Below, piece after piece: positions 11,041 through 22,770 of a stretch of DNA of 64,000 nt. The number at the start of each line of letters is the position of its first letter. Position 1 is the first letter of the stretch. The translations under genes were made by a program, and so were the position numbers. Under the pieces are notes generated by a model, which had not been told where the DNA came from, searched no databases, and saw nothing but the letters and a program-made list of their open reading frames with translations. The stretch spans positions 24,676,001 through 24,740,000 of the forward strand of contig NC_043013.1 of assembly GCF_006345805.1 (NCBI RefSeq), in the 5' to 3' direction. Source of the stretch: Octopus sinensis. Its lineage: Eukaryota.

Positions 11041-14000
11041 TGTGGCATAGTGTTGAATGACGTTGATAGATGGATACTGTCTTCACCTAATATGAAACAA
11101 TACATCTTAATTGTTGGACAGCTGTGATTAACGGATTAGACGTTGAGCAGATATAAAGTTTGAATAAAAGCCTCCCTTGAACTAGCTAATGACAAATTTT
11201 ATTCAAGGTCTTTCCCAAACTTTATTATAAATGGATGCTAAAGTGTTTGAGAGGACCCTACCAAGCGACCTGACTAAGGAAGATTATTGGAGGTACCCTT
11301 AGTCCTTTGCAGAGCAAGGATCTACCCCATCGTGGAAGAATTTGAAACCATCGAGGTGGCAGTAGAACACCTGGACTCAAAGTTCATAAAGAAAAGTTCA
11401 AATATAATGATGCACCATAAACTACGAACTTGAAAACAAAAGGAAAAAGTGTCTATAGAAGAATTTATGTCAGGCCTTCAGGTGCTGGTCAAGAAGTGTA
11501 AAATCCCAGCCCTAATGGCAGACCGTTCCTGAGAAATTCTAATTGGTGATGCCTTTGTAGCTGGACTTCAATTACCATCAATCAAACAAAGGCTTCTCAA
11601 GTAATCAAACGACAGCTTAGAAACACTCTGTAAGCTTGCTCAAACCATGGAAGTGGCCATTGAAGACACTCGCAACCTATTGCAAGGCTCAGCTGGTATC
11701 GATCAACCACTAAATCAGCATGCTTTTGGTGCGGTGGAGACATCCATAAAAAAAATCAATGCCAGGCGAGAAACCGCACTTGCAAAAGGTGTCAGAAGAA
11801 TTGCCACTGGGAGAAAGTCTGCCTCTCAAAAAAACCACCAAGAAACAAATGTAACTTCCCTAAAACAGCAGCTATCACAGAGCCCCAGAGTGACTCAGAC
11901 AGTGGTGGGACCTTATCATCCATCACTTTAGCAGTAACAAACAGTACAGGATGGCTGGTACCCATTGAAATTAAGTACAACAATATACAAGCCATTTTCG
12001 ACAGGACATTTATAAAAGCGAATTATCTTGAGGTCTGGGGATTACACTATGATCGTACCTGGCCAGAAAAAGTTAACTTGACCAACAACACAATACTGGA
12101 GATTAAATGCAAATTCAGTAGTAAACTACAACTGGGAAATAACACATGTAACACTAATTTCCTTGTAGCTCCAGTCATAATCAGAATCAATATATTCAGT
12201 CAACACTCAGCAGTTGCAATTGACTTCAGGACACACTCAAACCTGTGTCATTCTGCCTGTCCATGTCAAGCCTAACATGTCCTGCATATAAACTGCTTCC
12301 TGGCATTGAGACCTCTAAGCTCAGACCAATTACAACTTCAAGACGCAAAGTTTATTAAACAAAAATAGACAAGTTACTTTCAGAGGACATAATTCAGGAA
12401 AGCTGTAGTCCTTGGTGAGCTCATTGCTTTGTGACATCTAATGGAGAGGAAAGACTGGTGATCAACCACTTGAATACTATAAATATCTACACACAACTGG
12501 ATGCCTGCCCTACCCCACAGATCAATGATCTTCTAAATGAAGTAGCAGCAAACAAGGTTTTCAGCAACATCGATATGACAGCTGCATATCACCAGGTGGA
12601 ACTCCTACCCAAAGACTATAAACTGACAGCATTCGAAGCAGGGGGGAGATTGTATGAGTTTAAATGCCTCCCATTTGGTTGCACCAATGCTGCAGCAATT
12701 TTTCAGTGTCTCAGGGATGAATTCATAAAAAGAAACAATCTTCAAAAAGCCTTTTCTAATCTAGATGACATCATCATAGCTGGCAAAATCATCATGAACA
12801 TGACGATAACCTCAGGAGATTTATCCAGGCAACTGAAACATCTGGCATGACCATCAATAAGAGCAAAAGTCAATTCTTTCAGAAGCATATCAGCTTCCTT
12901 GGACATATTATTGGAAATTCAACTATAAAACCTGACCCTAAAAGGTATCAAGCTTTGCTAGATATGTCAGAACCAAGAATATTGAGAGAATTAAATCGAA
13001 TAATAGGAATTTTTGCATATTATGCAAAGTGGATACCTAAGTGTTCCGGACTCACCATTCCACTTACAAGAGCCAGAGAGAATATCAACAAAGCAGGACT
13101 GCCAAAAGAAGCAAAAACAGCAATCACATCTTTCAAGACTGCATTGGTAAATGCCACTGGAATATCACTTCCTATTGAAACAGATGCTCCTGACCTAGCC
13201 TTGGGATGTATGCTATCACAAGGAAGGCCAGTGGCCTTCTATTCAAGGTCACTTTCAAAATCAGAAAAACACCAATCCATTGTCAAGAGAGAAGCCTGTG
13301 CAATCATAGAATATTTCCACAAATGGTGCTACCTAATACATGTTTTCTCATACTGCAACATCGTCACTGATCAATGCTCAGTGGCAATGATCTTCAATAA
13401 GCAAGTGACTTCAAAAATCAAAAATGAAAAACTTATATGCTGGTGCTTGGACCTCTCAGACACAAATTACACAATCTCTTACAGACCAGGAACTCAAAAC
13501 AAAGCAGCAGACGCGCTATCAAGATGTGCAGCAACAAGAGACACTACAACACTAATAACCTTTCACAAACAACTGTGCCACCCAGGAGTGACCCATCTAC
13601 TTCACTACTGCAAAGTACAAAACTTGCTGTTCTCCCTCAATGAAATCTGCAAAATGACGTCAATTAATACAGGTATCGAGACCTTGGGAGCACCTCTCCG
13701 ACTTTGTTGGTCCCCTGCCATCAATCACACAATACCACCACTTATTGGTAGTAGTCATTGAGTACTTGAGGTACCCTTGTAAAGACATGAGTACCAAAAC
13801 AGTCATTTCCCACCTGCTCCACTTCTATTCATCGTTTGGATCATCAAGTTGTATCCAATCTGAAAGAGGAACCCAATTTCAGGACTTCTTTCACGTTAAT
13901 GGGATAATAAAAACTAGAACATCTTTCTATCGACCTCAAGGCAATGGCCAATGTGAAAGGACCAACAGTACCTTCATGAAGACCATAAATCTAGCACTTA

Positions 14001-14430
14001 GTTCCCTACAACTAGATAATGGACACTGGTTGACAGTTCTTCCCATTGCACTATCAGCCATGAGAGGAGTCCTTTGTACAACTGCCAACACGACCCCACT
14101 CCATGAATGAATGTTTAAATTTTCAAGATCGTCGATAGTGGGAACCATTCTACCTGAATCCCTCCAGAATACTAGAAGTACAATACTGCATTGTCAACAT
14201 CTCAGAAATAAAGGGTATCCACTTATAGAAAACGATAAATTGTTGGAGATGATTTGTTCCCACTTTGCATACGTACAATTTGGAAACAGACGAATAGATA
14301 CAGTGTCAACACACAATTTTGCTCCAACAGGACAATCTTCCAATCAAGGAAGCAAAGGTAATGCACAAACACAACCAGTGCCAACTACACAGAGTTTGAT
14401 ATGGAACAAGAAAATCCACAAATAATAAGT
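11041..14430 (+). mobile_element. Degenerate Ty3/Gypsy LTR retrotransposon in SPG11 intron 1
   Basis: Gag remnant (DAFVAGL; Zn-knuckle-like Cys cluster near 11760), RT (IDMTAAYHQV, LPFGCTNAAAIFQ, NLDDIII), RNase H (ETDA...VAFYSRSL), integrase (QLCHPG, RPQGNGQCERTN) in RT-RH-IN order, with stops and frameshifts. TG...CA segment with AATAAA at ~11041-11193 may be a 5' LTR; no matching 3' LTR seen. Confidence 0.9.
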
Positions 14431-15500
14431 CAACAAGGAACCGATCCCAACAGTACACCAACAGAAGCAATATATCAACAAAGGAATGGTCTCACTTGGC
14501 TTCATAGGCCTTCTCAAGTACAGCATATTTCATTAAATATAATCTGTTTTGCCCATTTTGTCTTTTTTTTTATACAGCATGTTGTTAGTGAGCCTTCGGC
14601 AAGATTCCACTGCACAGAGTATGTGCAGTTGTACATGCAACCCAGCATAATGTCCCAGGCACCTTCATTCAGGGTCCGTCAGCAAGCATGGTTCAAAACG
14701 AACTGAGTTGATTTATCTATTTGTGGCTAGTTTAAGGCACAAAGGGAAGTGATGAAGGATGTATTAAAATCCAATATGGCTATAAAGTTTATTTTTAGGA
14801 CAACCTCAACTTAACACCAGTGCCAGAGTGGAAATTGGGAGTTTAATATATTTGAAATTAGGCTTAAGTTTACCTGAATGTTCTTATATGTTTCTTTTTT
14901 TTGTTTTTTTCTATGGATAAAAGGAGATTGAATAGAATTAAACTAAGTTACATTGATGGGGGTTTTATCAATATATTTTTATGATGGTTCACTTTAAGGT
15001 TATTCAGTTTCCATATATGTATGTGTTGCTGTGAAAAACCCAGAAGATATTTCATGCTAGTGATAATAATGATATTTAGTTGAAAGTTAGGCCAGATAAT
15101 ATCCTAATATATACCTCTCTCTCATTCAGCAGCCTTTGTGTATAGGATATCATCCTACCTGACCTCCTTCATGAAAATGCTTAAAGGTTTTTCCATGCAG
15201 GTATCAACATCTCAAGGCCTGTTCTAGTCTACTGTTAAGTAATTGGCTCATATCTTCTATGCACGACTCACATCTATTTCTCCCTGGTCCATATGTTATA
15301 GCCATACTAATTTTATCCACCTAGCTCTTACTAATACAACAACAACAACAATGAGCATTTTGTTGGTTTTTAGACACAAATTCAATTTCTCTTGTCAGGA
15401 AAAGCTACTAGCAGCAAACTGGTACTTTTTATTTTGAAACTACTTAAGGTAGTAAATTATGTTTACTAATAAACATAAAATGTCACTAATTCTTTCTCTT

Positions 15501-15531
<31 letters not shown>

Positions 15532-15535
15532 ATAG

Positions 15536-15687
15536 ATCAATTCATTATGACAGCAATGAACATCATGAAACTACATTGTGTATGCACCACATAGATGGTA
15601 AATTGTCAGCTTTCTCCTTGGAGGATGATCTGAGATATCTTTTTACTTGTGAGGAATCTGTATTGGCTCTGGTGTTATGTAAAGAAG
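15536..15687 (+). CDS. SPG11: Spatacsin exon 2 (SIHYDSNEHH...LVLCKE-G)
   Basis: (CT)n polypyrimidine tract then TATAG|; donor G|GTAAGT; phases 2 to 1 fit both neighbours. Confidence 0.8.
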
Positions 15688-16034
15688 GTAAGTATTTTCA
15701 CTTATTGGCACTGACCTACTATTGTAGAATGCCTCCGAGTAGTGTGGTTTTGTGCCACTGAATACGTGCTTCCATTATGTCTTATATCAGATTATCTCGC
15801 TATATATAGCCATGACTTCCACTTCATATTCAATAGTTTATAAAAAGACACCGCTAATAATTTCACTAATGTTTGAATTTACACAATCATCAAGTTAATG
15901 AAAAGCATCTGTAAAACATTCTAGAAAGTCTCCTTCAACTTGTTTCTCATTTTACTGATTGTCATTCTAAATTATTTTGTGGCTTGGCATCTTAAATCTA
16001 CATTGACTTTTGTATGTTGTTACTTTTTAAACAG

Positions 16035-16325
16035 GTCTTGAACTATTTAAATCTACTGCACCTTATTTACTTGGTTATGCACACTCTTCAGTTATTTTAC
16101 TTACCAAGAAAAGGCCAACTAATTGCCAAGCTAGTTCTGATGTCATCACTACTACTACTACTCTTACCATAGCTTGTGTGTATTTTACCAGTGAAGCATC
16201 ACAGAAACCCTGCTGTCAGTACACTATTGTATTATCAGACCAATTTGAAGAGGATCATATTGTGCCATCTGTTCAACTTTATGAGTCAACTATATCTGTT
16301 CTAGACTGGCCACAACACACACTTT
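16035..16325 (+). CDS. SPG11: Spatacsin exon 3 (GLELFKSTAP...SVQLYESTISVLDWPQHTL-Y)
   Basis: Acceptor ttttaaacAG|; open frame includes an (ACT)5 poly-Thr; ends at T|GTATCCTTTT (U12-type donor). QLYESTISVL aligns with recalled human QLCRGILFVL. Confidence 0.75.
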
Positions 16326-16790
16326 GTATCCTTTTCAAAGTAAATATCTTTCGAGTTGTTTTAAATCTGAGGTTTATGCTATTTCATAATTGATATTTCT
16401 ATGCTATTGCTTTGTATTCAATCACTGCATTAGTCAGTATTTACTTCAAAAGTCAGTGGAAACAGTTCAGACACTAAAATACTATATTGTATACTTCCAT
16501 TTTTTTTTTTCCTAATTCAGTTACTCATTGTTTGGTATTTAAATGTTGCCACATTCAATTTGAACTTATATCCTCCTATAGAGTAATAAAACTAGCACCA
16601 GGACTAGAAAAGTTGTCATATATCTTTGACAATGCATCACTAAAGAGTTCTCTTAACCTAATTTTTTTCTTTGTTTGTTTGCCAACCCCTTTACAGTGTA
16701 TACTGCATGCATTGTTTTTTTTTGTGGCAACAACACTAGAGAGGTTGTCTTGTGGCTATGTGCAGGACTAAAGGGAATTCTCAATCTTAA

Positions 16791-17010
16791 CCCTTTCGAT
16801 ATTGTATTTCTGTAGAGATGCTCTGTGTTTCTTTCAATTACTTTAAATATAACAAATAATTCAGTGAAATAACTTAGTTATCATTAAGCTACTGTTAGGA
16901 ACATAAATTGTGACTTAAGTTTGGTGGAAGATTTTAATTCAAAACTTATGAAAACAAGACATTTGTACTCAAAGCCAGAGCCGGTTTCAGCTGGGTTGGT
17001 AATGAAAGGG
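16791..17010. mobile_element. piggyBac-like MITE
   Basis: TTAA|CCCTTTC...GAAAGGG|TTAA; reverse-complement copy at 58984-59198. Confidence 0.75.
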
Positions 17011-18081
17011 TTAATCTTTACTTACTTACCTTATCAGTCAGGAGAATGTTTCAAAGGGGAGCCTCTTATCATGGCACTGGCATAGGAGGGTGTAGTGTAG
17101 AATATATGTTCAGTATCAAGTATTGAAATGGCAGCATGTATATTATTAGAAGAATTCTTACAAAGAAGAAGAATAAATTTAGGAACTATATATTTACTAC
17201 ATAAAAACATTTTTTATTCATTGGTTGTTGATGAAATATAATCAAAATGTAGAATCTAGTTGAATGAAGTAATCTATGCAAGGAAGTTCAGAAATGTAGA
17301 AGTGGTGGTTTTCAGTCATGTGGCATAGAGAAATTGACAGGCATAGCAATGACTTGAATGGCTCAGAGTCTAGTCGACTAAGAAGCAAAGAGCAGGGTAA
17401 GTAAGCTTTATTAATGGGACGCTAGACATCCTAGAAACTTCCAAGAGAAACGCGAAGCTTCTTGAATAATTAAGAATTACCTCTCGTGAAGTAGAATCTT
17501 CTGGGAAACTTATTAAAGGGAGATTACTCTATAAAACTTCATGTAAGATAGATCATTCAACTATTTTAGCTACACTACTACAAGGGCTTGTCTTGTAAAT
17601 ATAGAAATATAGAGAGCATTCAGTATCCGAAGATGTGTACATTTACTCAAAGTAATGTGCCCAAGGAGGGGAACAGCAAAGAGAGCAATAAAAAAGAATG
17701 ATTAATATGGATGTGTGAAAGGAGTAAGAGTATGGTGGTAGAGACAGAAGGGTTGGGGTGATGATAGGGGAAGTTCGACAGGTGATAGCAGAGGTGGACA
17801 AAATGAGTAGGTGATGGGTGACCCTGGAGTGAACTGAGAGTGATGGCTGGCAATACAGGTTTGGTGAACTGAGAGTGTATTGGGTACAAAAACCAAAAAT
17901 AATCTCATTCAAACTCATCCTGTCCTTGATCAATTTTGCAATCATCCTTTCTGTAACTTACATAACCTGGTTCAACAGTTTGATGCCTCTGTAGTTTCCT
18001 TTCTCTGCTGCTACTCCTTTGCCCTTGTATTAGTTTACAATGTCATTGCGGCACCAGCCATTGTGTGTGTGTGTGTGTGTG

Positions 18082-18870
18082 TATCATCATCATCATTTAA
18101 CATCTGTTTTCCATGCTGGCATGGGTTGGAGGATTTGACAGGAGCTGGCCAGCTGAATTGCACTGCCCAGTCTCCGTGTCTATTTTGGCTGGATGCCATT
18201 CCTAATGCCAACCACTTTACAGAGTGTGGACTGGGTGCTTTGACACAGCACTGGCATGGGTGTGTTTACGTGACACTGGTATGGGTGCTTTTTACATGGC
18301 ACCAGCACCTATGAGCCCACAAGATTAGGAATGCTCAGCTCTTGAGGGGATGCAGGGATGCAATCTGTATGCAAGGGCAGCCATGCTTTTACTTAACTTG
18401 ACATATCTTTTCAAGCACAGCAAACCCCCTAGAAACTCAGTCCTTGTCATCCCCTCTGTGAGTCCCAACGTCTGTAGATCATTTCTCACCACTTTGTTCC
18501 ATATCTTCCTGAGTCTACCCTTTCTACATGTTCCCTCTACAATTAGAGATCAGCACCTCTTGATGCAACTGTCTCCGTTCATATGCATTACATGACCAAA
18601 CCAGCACAGTCTTCTCTCTTGCACACTGCATCTGATGCCCCATATACTCAGTTTTTCCTCTCAAATCACTTACATCCTCTCATACATGCACACTGACATT
18701 ACCTATCCAATGGAGCATGCTATCTTCATTTCTTTCAAGACTCTGCATATCCTCAGATTTATGTATCTAAATCATTTCTTTTGCACATGTTCAATGATAC
18801 TGCTGAAACTCATTAGGTATAACACCTTCCTGTGTTTACTTGCTTAAGTATTTGGATGACTTGTATGTAT
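18082..18870 (-). mobile_element. RTE-clade LINE 3' portion
   Basis: Same tail and 3' UTR joined to a degenerate RT C-terminus. Confidence 0.75.
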
Positions 18871-20396
18871 CCTACTTCACTAGATATTTTGAGCATTTAG
18901 CTCATTAAAATTGATGGGCCAACAGCTTTCCTTACCTTCATATCCTTAATCATTCTATCTATCATGCTGCTGCTGCCAAGATGAATTGCTTGTCTCTCAG
19001 ATGGGTCAGCATGCAGTAGACTTTCTTCTCATGCAATCTCCTCGTTCAGCAACCTCTCATTATAATGCTTGCTACTTTTCCATCAGCAGTAATGGCAGGT
19101 GTATACTTATCATTCAGATATACTTTTTCCTTTTTCTCTAACACACTGTCTTGCAATCTGAAACACCTCACACCCTCACATCACAGAACATATTCAGATC
19201 TCTTTCTTTCTGTTTCTTCCCTTCTTGATTGTAGTGAAGTTGCTGATGATCGTCTTTAAGGTAATCTGTTTAAGAGTCTCACAGAAGAGCTTATTCTGGT
19301 CGTCTGCCAACCCTAATCGTGAAGTATATACAAAAATAAATACTGTTGCTTAATTATTCTATTGCACATTCTCACTGCCTCATTTACTTTATTCATTATT
19401 CTGAAGAATTTCTATCACTGTTTCTTGCATGTGAGAAGTTTGACCCTAGATCCATTTCATCTTACCTCTTGTACGTAGCACATATTCACCTGAATTCGCT
19501 CCAGCATCTCCACAATCTCACCATTGATGATGGCAACTCTTAGGTTTGTGAACTGACAGGAAGAGGAGAATTTCAGGTAGTAATTTTCTGGTCTGCTGTT
19601 TCAGTTCTGCACCATTAAAAAAGGAGGAAGTTTGTGTAGCTTGCTGACAGTTGCAAAATTTGCACACATAGTTATATTAGTCTTCCTTTCAATTGATTTG
19701 CTATCATTAGCTCACATTCCAAAGCTTTACCAGTTATTACCATAACTGCACTTACTGCTACTACTGTGTGTACTGCTTCAGCTAGTAGATGTTATCAGTC
19801 CAAGGTATATGATGTGTATGTAAGTACTAAGTCAACAATGTCTGTCTCAAAGGAGGGCTGATGCTCTCTTAGTTACTAGGAGAGATTTCCAGTAATTGAT
19901 GGTGAAGTGGGCAGGTGAAAAAAATTGGAAGTAAAACCAACACAAACAGCTCATGTGTAAGTCAACTTACATATCTTTCAACAAAAGTCAAGATTCAAGT
20001 GGCAGATCTATGTTTGAGCAAGCCTGTGTAAAATGGAGAACTGGATGGGATGATTGATAATTAGAAAGAGAAAGGAACAAAATTTTAAGTTTACAAGTTT
20101 GTAAGCGTAAGTTGAGGTAAAGGCAAAACTTCTGCTAAAAAATAATAAACTTCAATAATATATGTACTGACACAGCAAAACAAAACACAATTTACCATTA
20201 TGTCACATGCTTCAAAGAAATCAAGTTTAACTAGTTAGTCAACTCCTGCAAGAATATGTTTTGGTACTGAAAAAAAAAATGGCTGCAGTCAAATGACTGA
20301 AACAAGTAAAAGGTAAAAAGTAGCTTGTTAAAGTTTTTTGTAGTTTTACAAAACAGGAAAAATTTTCCTTGTAGTCCTTAACTGAATTTTATCCAG

Positions 20397-20943
20397 ATCT
20401 ATATGATAGCAGTGATGGAGTATGTTACCTTCAGGTTGATCTTTGCTCTGTTGTTCATCTCTGTAGCAGTATGCCCCGGTTTTGGTGTATGTCAAATGAT
20501 GTTGCACATCTCTTCCTTATCACTGAAATAAACTCTGCCATCTGCCTCTCTTTGAAGGATTTATACACTTTATGTCCAGCAGACTGCAAATTCTTTTTTC
20601 CATCGGATAACCTTTCACAAGACAGAGAATACAAAAAGTGGATACGCATTCATAAATATGGTTATTGTTTGCCAGTGATCCAAAGAGGCCAGTTTTCTAA
20701 TGTATCGTGTCTTGGAAAAGTTGTTAAAAGAAGAGTATCTGGATTGAAAAAATGTCTTTCATCAGTAACTCTGGATGACAAAATTAAAGTAGTACAGCTT
20801 CCAGAATTCCTAGAGCAACATAGTGTCAAAGAGATTGCTTTGTCAACAACATTAGCAAAAGTGCTGTTCTCCAAGAGAGATAACATAGATCTTTCAATTC
20901 TGTGGCTCTGTGACTTTACAACAGGCAATGTCAAGTTAAAACG
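20397..20943 (+). CDS. SPG11: Spatacsin exon 4 (LYDSSDGVCYLQVDL...WLCDFTTGNVKLK-R)
   Basis: YDSSDGVCYLQVDL matches recalled human FDVVDGTYVAHVDL; SNDVAHLFLITEINSAICL matches SQDLDVAVIVSSSNSAVAL; donor CG|GTGAGT. Confidence 0.85.
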
Positions 20944-21839
20944 GTGAGTTGGGTTTTTACATTGAAAATAGAAGAAATTTCTTACCAATACATCTGATAT
21001 CTTTTGATTTTTTATTTATTTATTTTTTTTAAGAAATTAGATTTATGTTATCAAAAAATCTCATCATTGTTGTTTTCTTTCAGTGTCCATGCTGGTCATC
21101 GCTACTCAGCTAGATGGATCATGAGACCACATCTCACTTTGTCTCTCTCTATGCCCCATTTCCCTGCCTAATCTCAACCACTTTACAGAATAAATTGGGA
21201 GCATTATCATGATGCCAATACTAGAAAGGCTGTTGCATCTTTGACAAGAATAAAGGGTTCTCTCAACTCTACACTTAATAGTGTATATTGAGTGCATTTT
21301 ATTGTGACACCAACACTAGAGAAAATAGAGTTGAGATGGTGGATAGCTAGTGGTGGGTAATAGTGAGAGTGGATGATAGATATTGTCACTAAATGGCTTG
21401 TGAGGAGTATAGGGAGAATGTATGGGGTACATGCAAATTTAATTCACTCCTTTAATTTTATACCATAAGTTGTTGAGAGAACTAGAAATATAAGGATGTT
21501 CATTGAAATTACTAGCCACAAAGATAAGGTCACTGTCATTTATCTTGGAAGTGGCCTACAAAAGAGTGTCATAAAAGCAGTCCTTTTGTTCATTTGGCAG
21601 GTCTGCTTGGAATGCATAGGCAGAGATGATTGTAGCTGTGCTATTCTGCAAAACTACTCTGAGCTTAAGTATCCTATCACATATTCTGACTACTTCAATC
21701 ACCTTATGTACCCATTTCTCTGCTAGAAGTATGCCAACACCTACTCCATCACTGTTGCACTACCAGAAGAATTTATACCTATGCCTTTTGCCAGTGAAGA
21801 ACCTGGTTCAAGATCCTCTTCACTGAACTTCCTGGATGC

Positions 21840-22090
21840 AGCACACATCAACACATCTCCTTTCAAGCATCTCAACAATCTTACTTGACCTACCTTTCAA
21901 TGTTGCCTACATTGACAGTGCCAACTCTGAAGGGGAGGGAGAACTGCAGCCCTCGGCATCTGAAAAGAAGGTTGTAATGAGCATTTGCCAACGGACATGA
22001 CATGGCAGTTGTCCTCACATTCAATCCACCATCATTTGTGTTACACTTGCTACTGCTGTTGGATGTGAGTGCTACACCACCATTAGTACA
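21840..22090 (-). mobile_element. RTE 5'/endonuclease N-terminal fragment
   Basis: FRVGTVNVG motif. Confidence 0.55.
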
Positions 22091-22290
22091 GCAGTGTAAG
22101 TACAAATACCGATAAATATATAAAGGTTAACTGGGTTAGTGTTAGTACAAATACCATTTGATATATCATTATTGAGTCACTTCTTTCAGTATAGTGGTTT
22201 GTCGACCTCTGTACATAAGTGTTAATAGTTATGATATACAGAGTATATGTAGAGGAAAATTAAAATAAACACAATTACAAATTATTGGTT

Positions 22291-22423
22291 CCTATGGATG
22301 TTTCACCATTGCAGTTATTTGGAATTCAGCATTCGGTGTTCAAAGCGCATTTGAATGCCTAACTGCAATGGGTAGGCATCCGTGCTGTGATCCAAATAAC
22401 TGCAGTGGTGAAGTATATGTAGG
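22291..22423. repeat. Inverted repeat with two internal hairpins
   Basis: TTCACCATTGCAGTTATTTGGA / TCCAAATAACTGCAGTGGTGAA, 21 of 22 complementary. Confidence 0.8.
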
Positions 22424-22646
22424 ACCTTATAATTTATACTTGTGATTATCTTAATTTTCCACTAAATATATGTATATAAATGTATGTATGTGTGTATGTA
22501 TGCATATCCATGTGGGCGTGCAAGTGTGTTTGTGTTTATATATATATGTGTGTGTATGCACATGTATATTTGTGTGTATGTATTTTCTGTGCATGCTTAA
22601 GTATGTATATTTTCATAATCTTATTATATTGTCGTTTGATATTCAG

Positions 22647-22770
22647 TTTTAAAAAAGAGACTGGTCTCCTTGTACTGGGTATGGAAAAATGTCACCCACC
22701 TCTTATCCTAAAAGAAACTGGAATATTTGCAATAGTTGATGAGCTTCACCAAGAGGAATTTGTGGATAAG
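22647..22770 (+). CDS. SPG11: Spatacsin exon 5 (FKKETGLL...HQEEFVDK)
   Basis: Acceptor attcAG|, donor AAG|GTTTGT; HQEEFVDK resembles human TQEEFLNR; phases 2 to 0. Confidence 0.85.

Larger units (their letters stand above)
16326..20396 (+). other. U12-type (minor spliceosome) GT-AG intron 3 of SPG11
   Basis: 5' GTATCCTTTT; branch site TCCTTAAC at 20375-20382, about 15 nt before the AG at 20395-20396; no long polypyrimidine tract; joining gives T|AT = Tyr in LYLYDSSDG. Confidence 0.85.

Noticed and set aside
16326-16339. Primary exon 3/4 boundary at the U2-like sites 16339^20435
   Set aside because: It drops the conserved YDxxDG segment, and the U12 signals are near consensus. Kept only as a possible minor isoform.
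19346-19543. ORF 19346-19543 as a missing SPG11 exon
   Set aside because: No convincing similarity, it ends in a stop, and exons 3 and 4 already join without a gap against the recalled human sequence.
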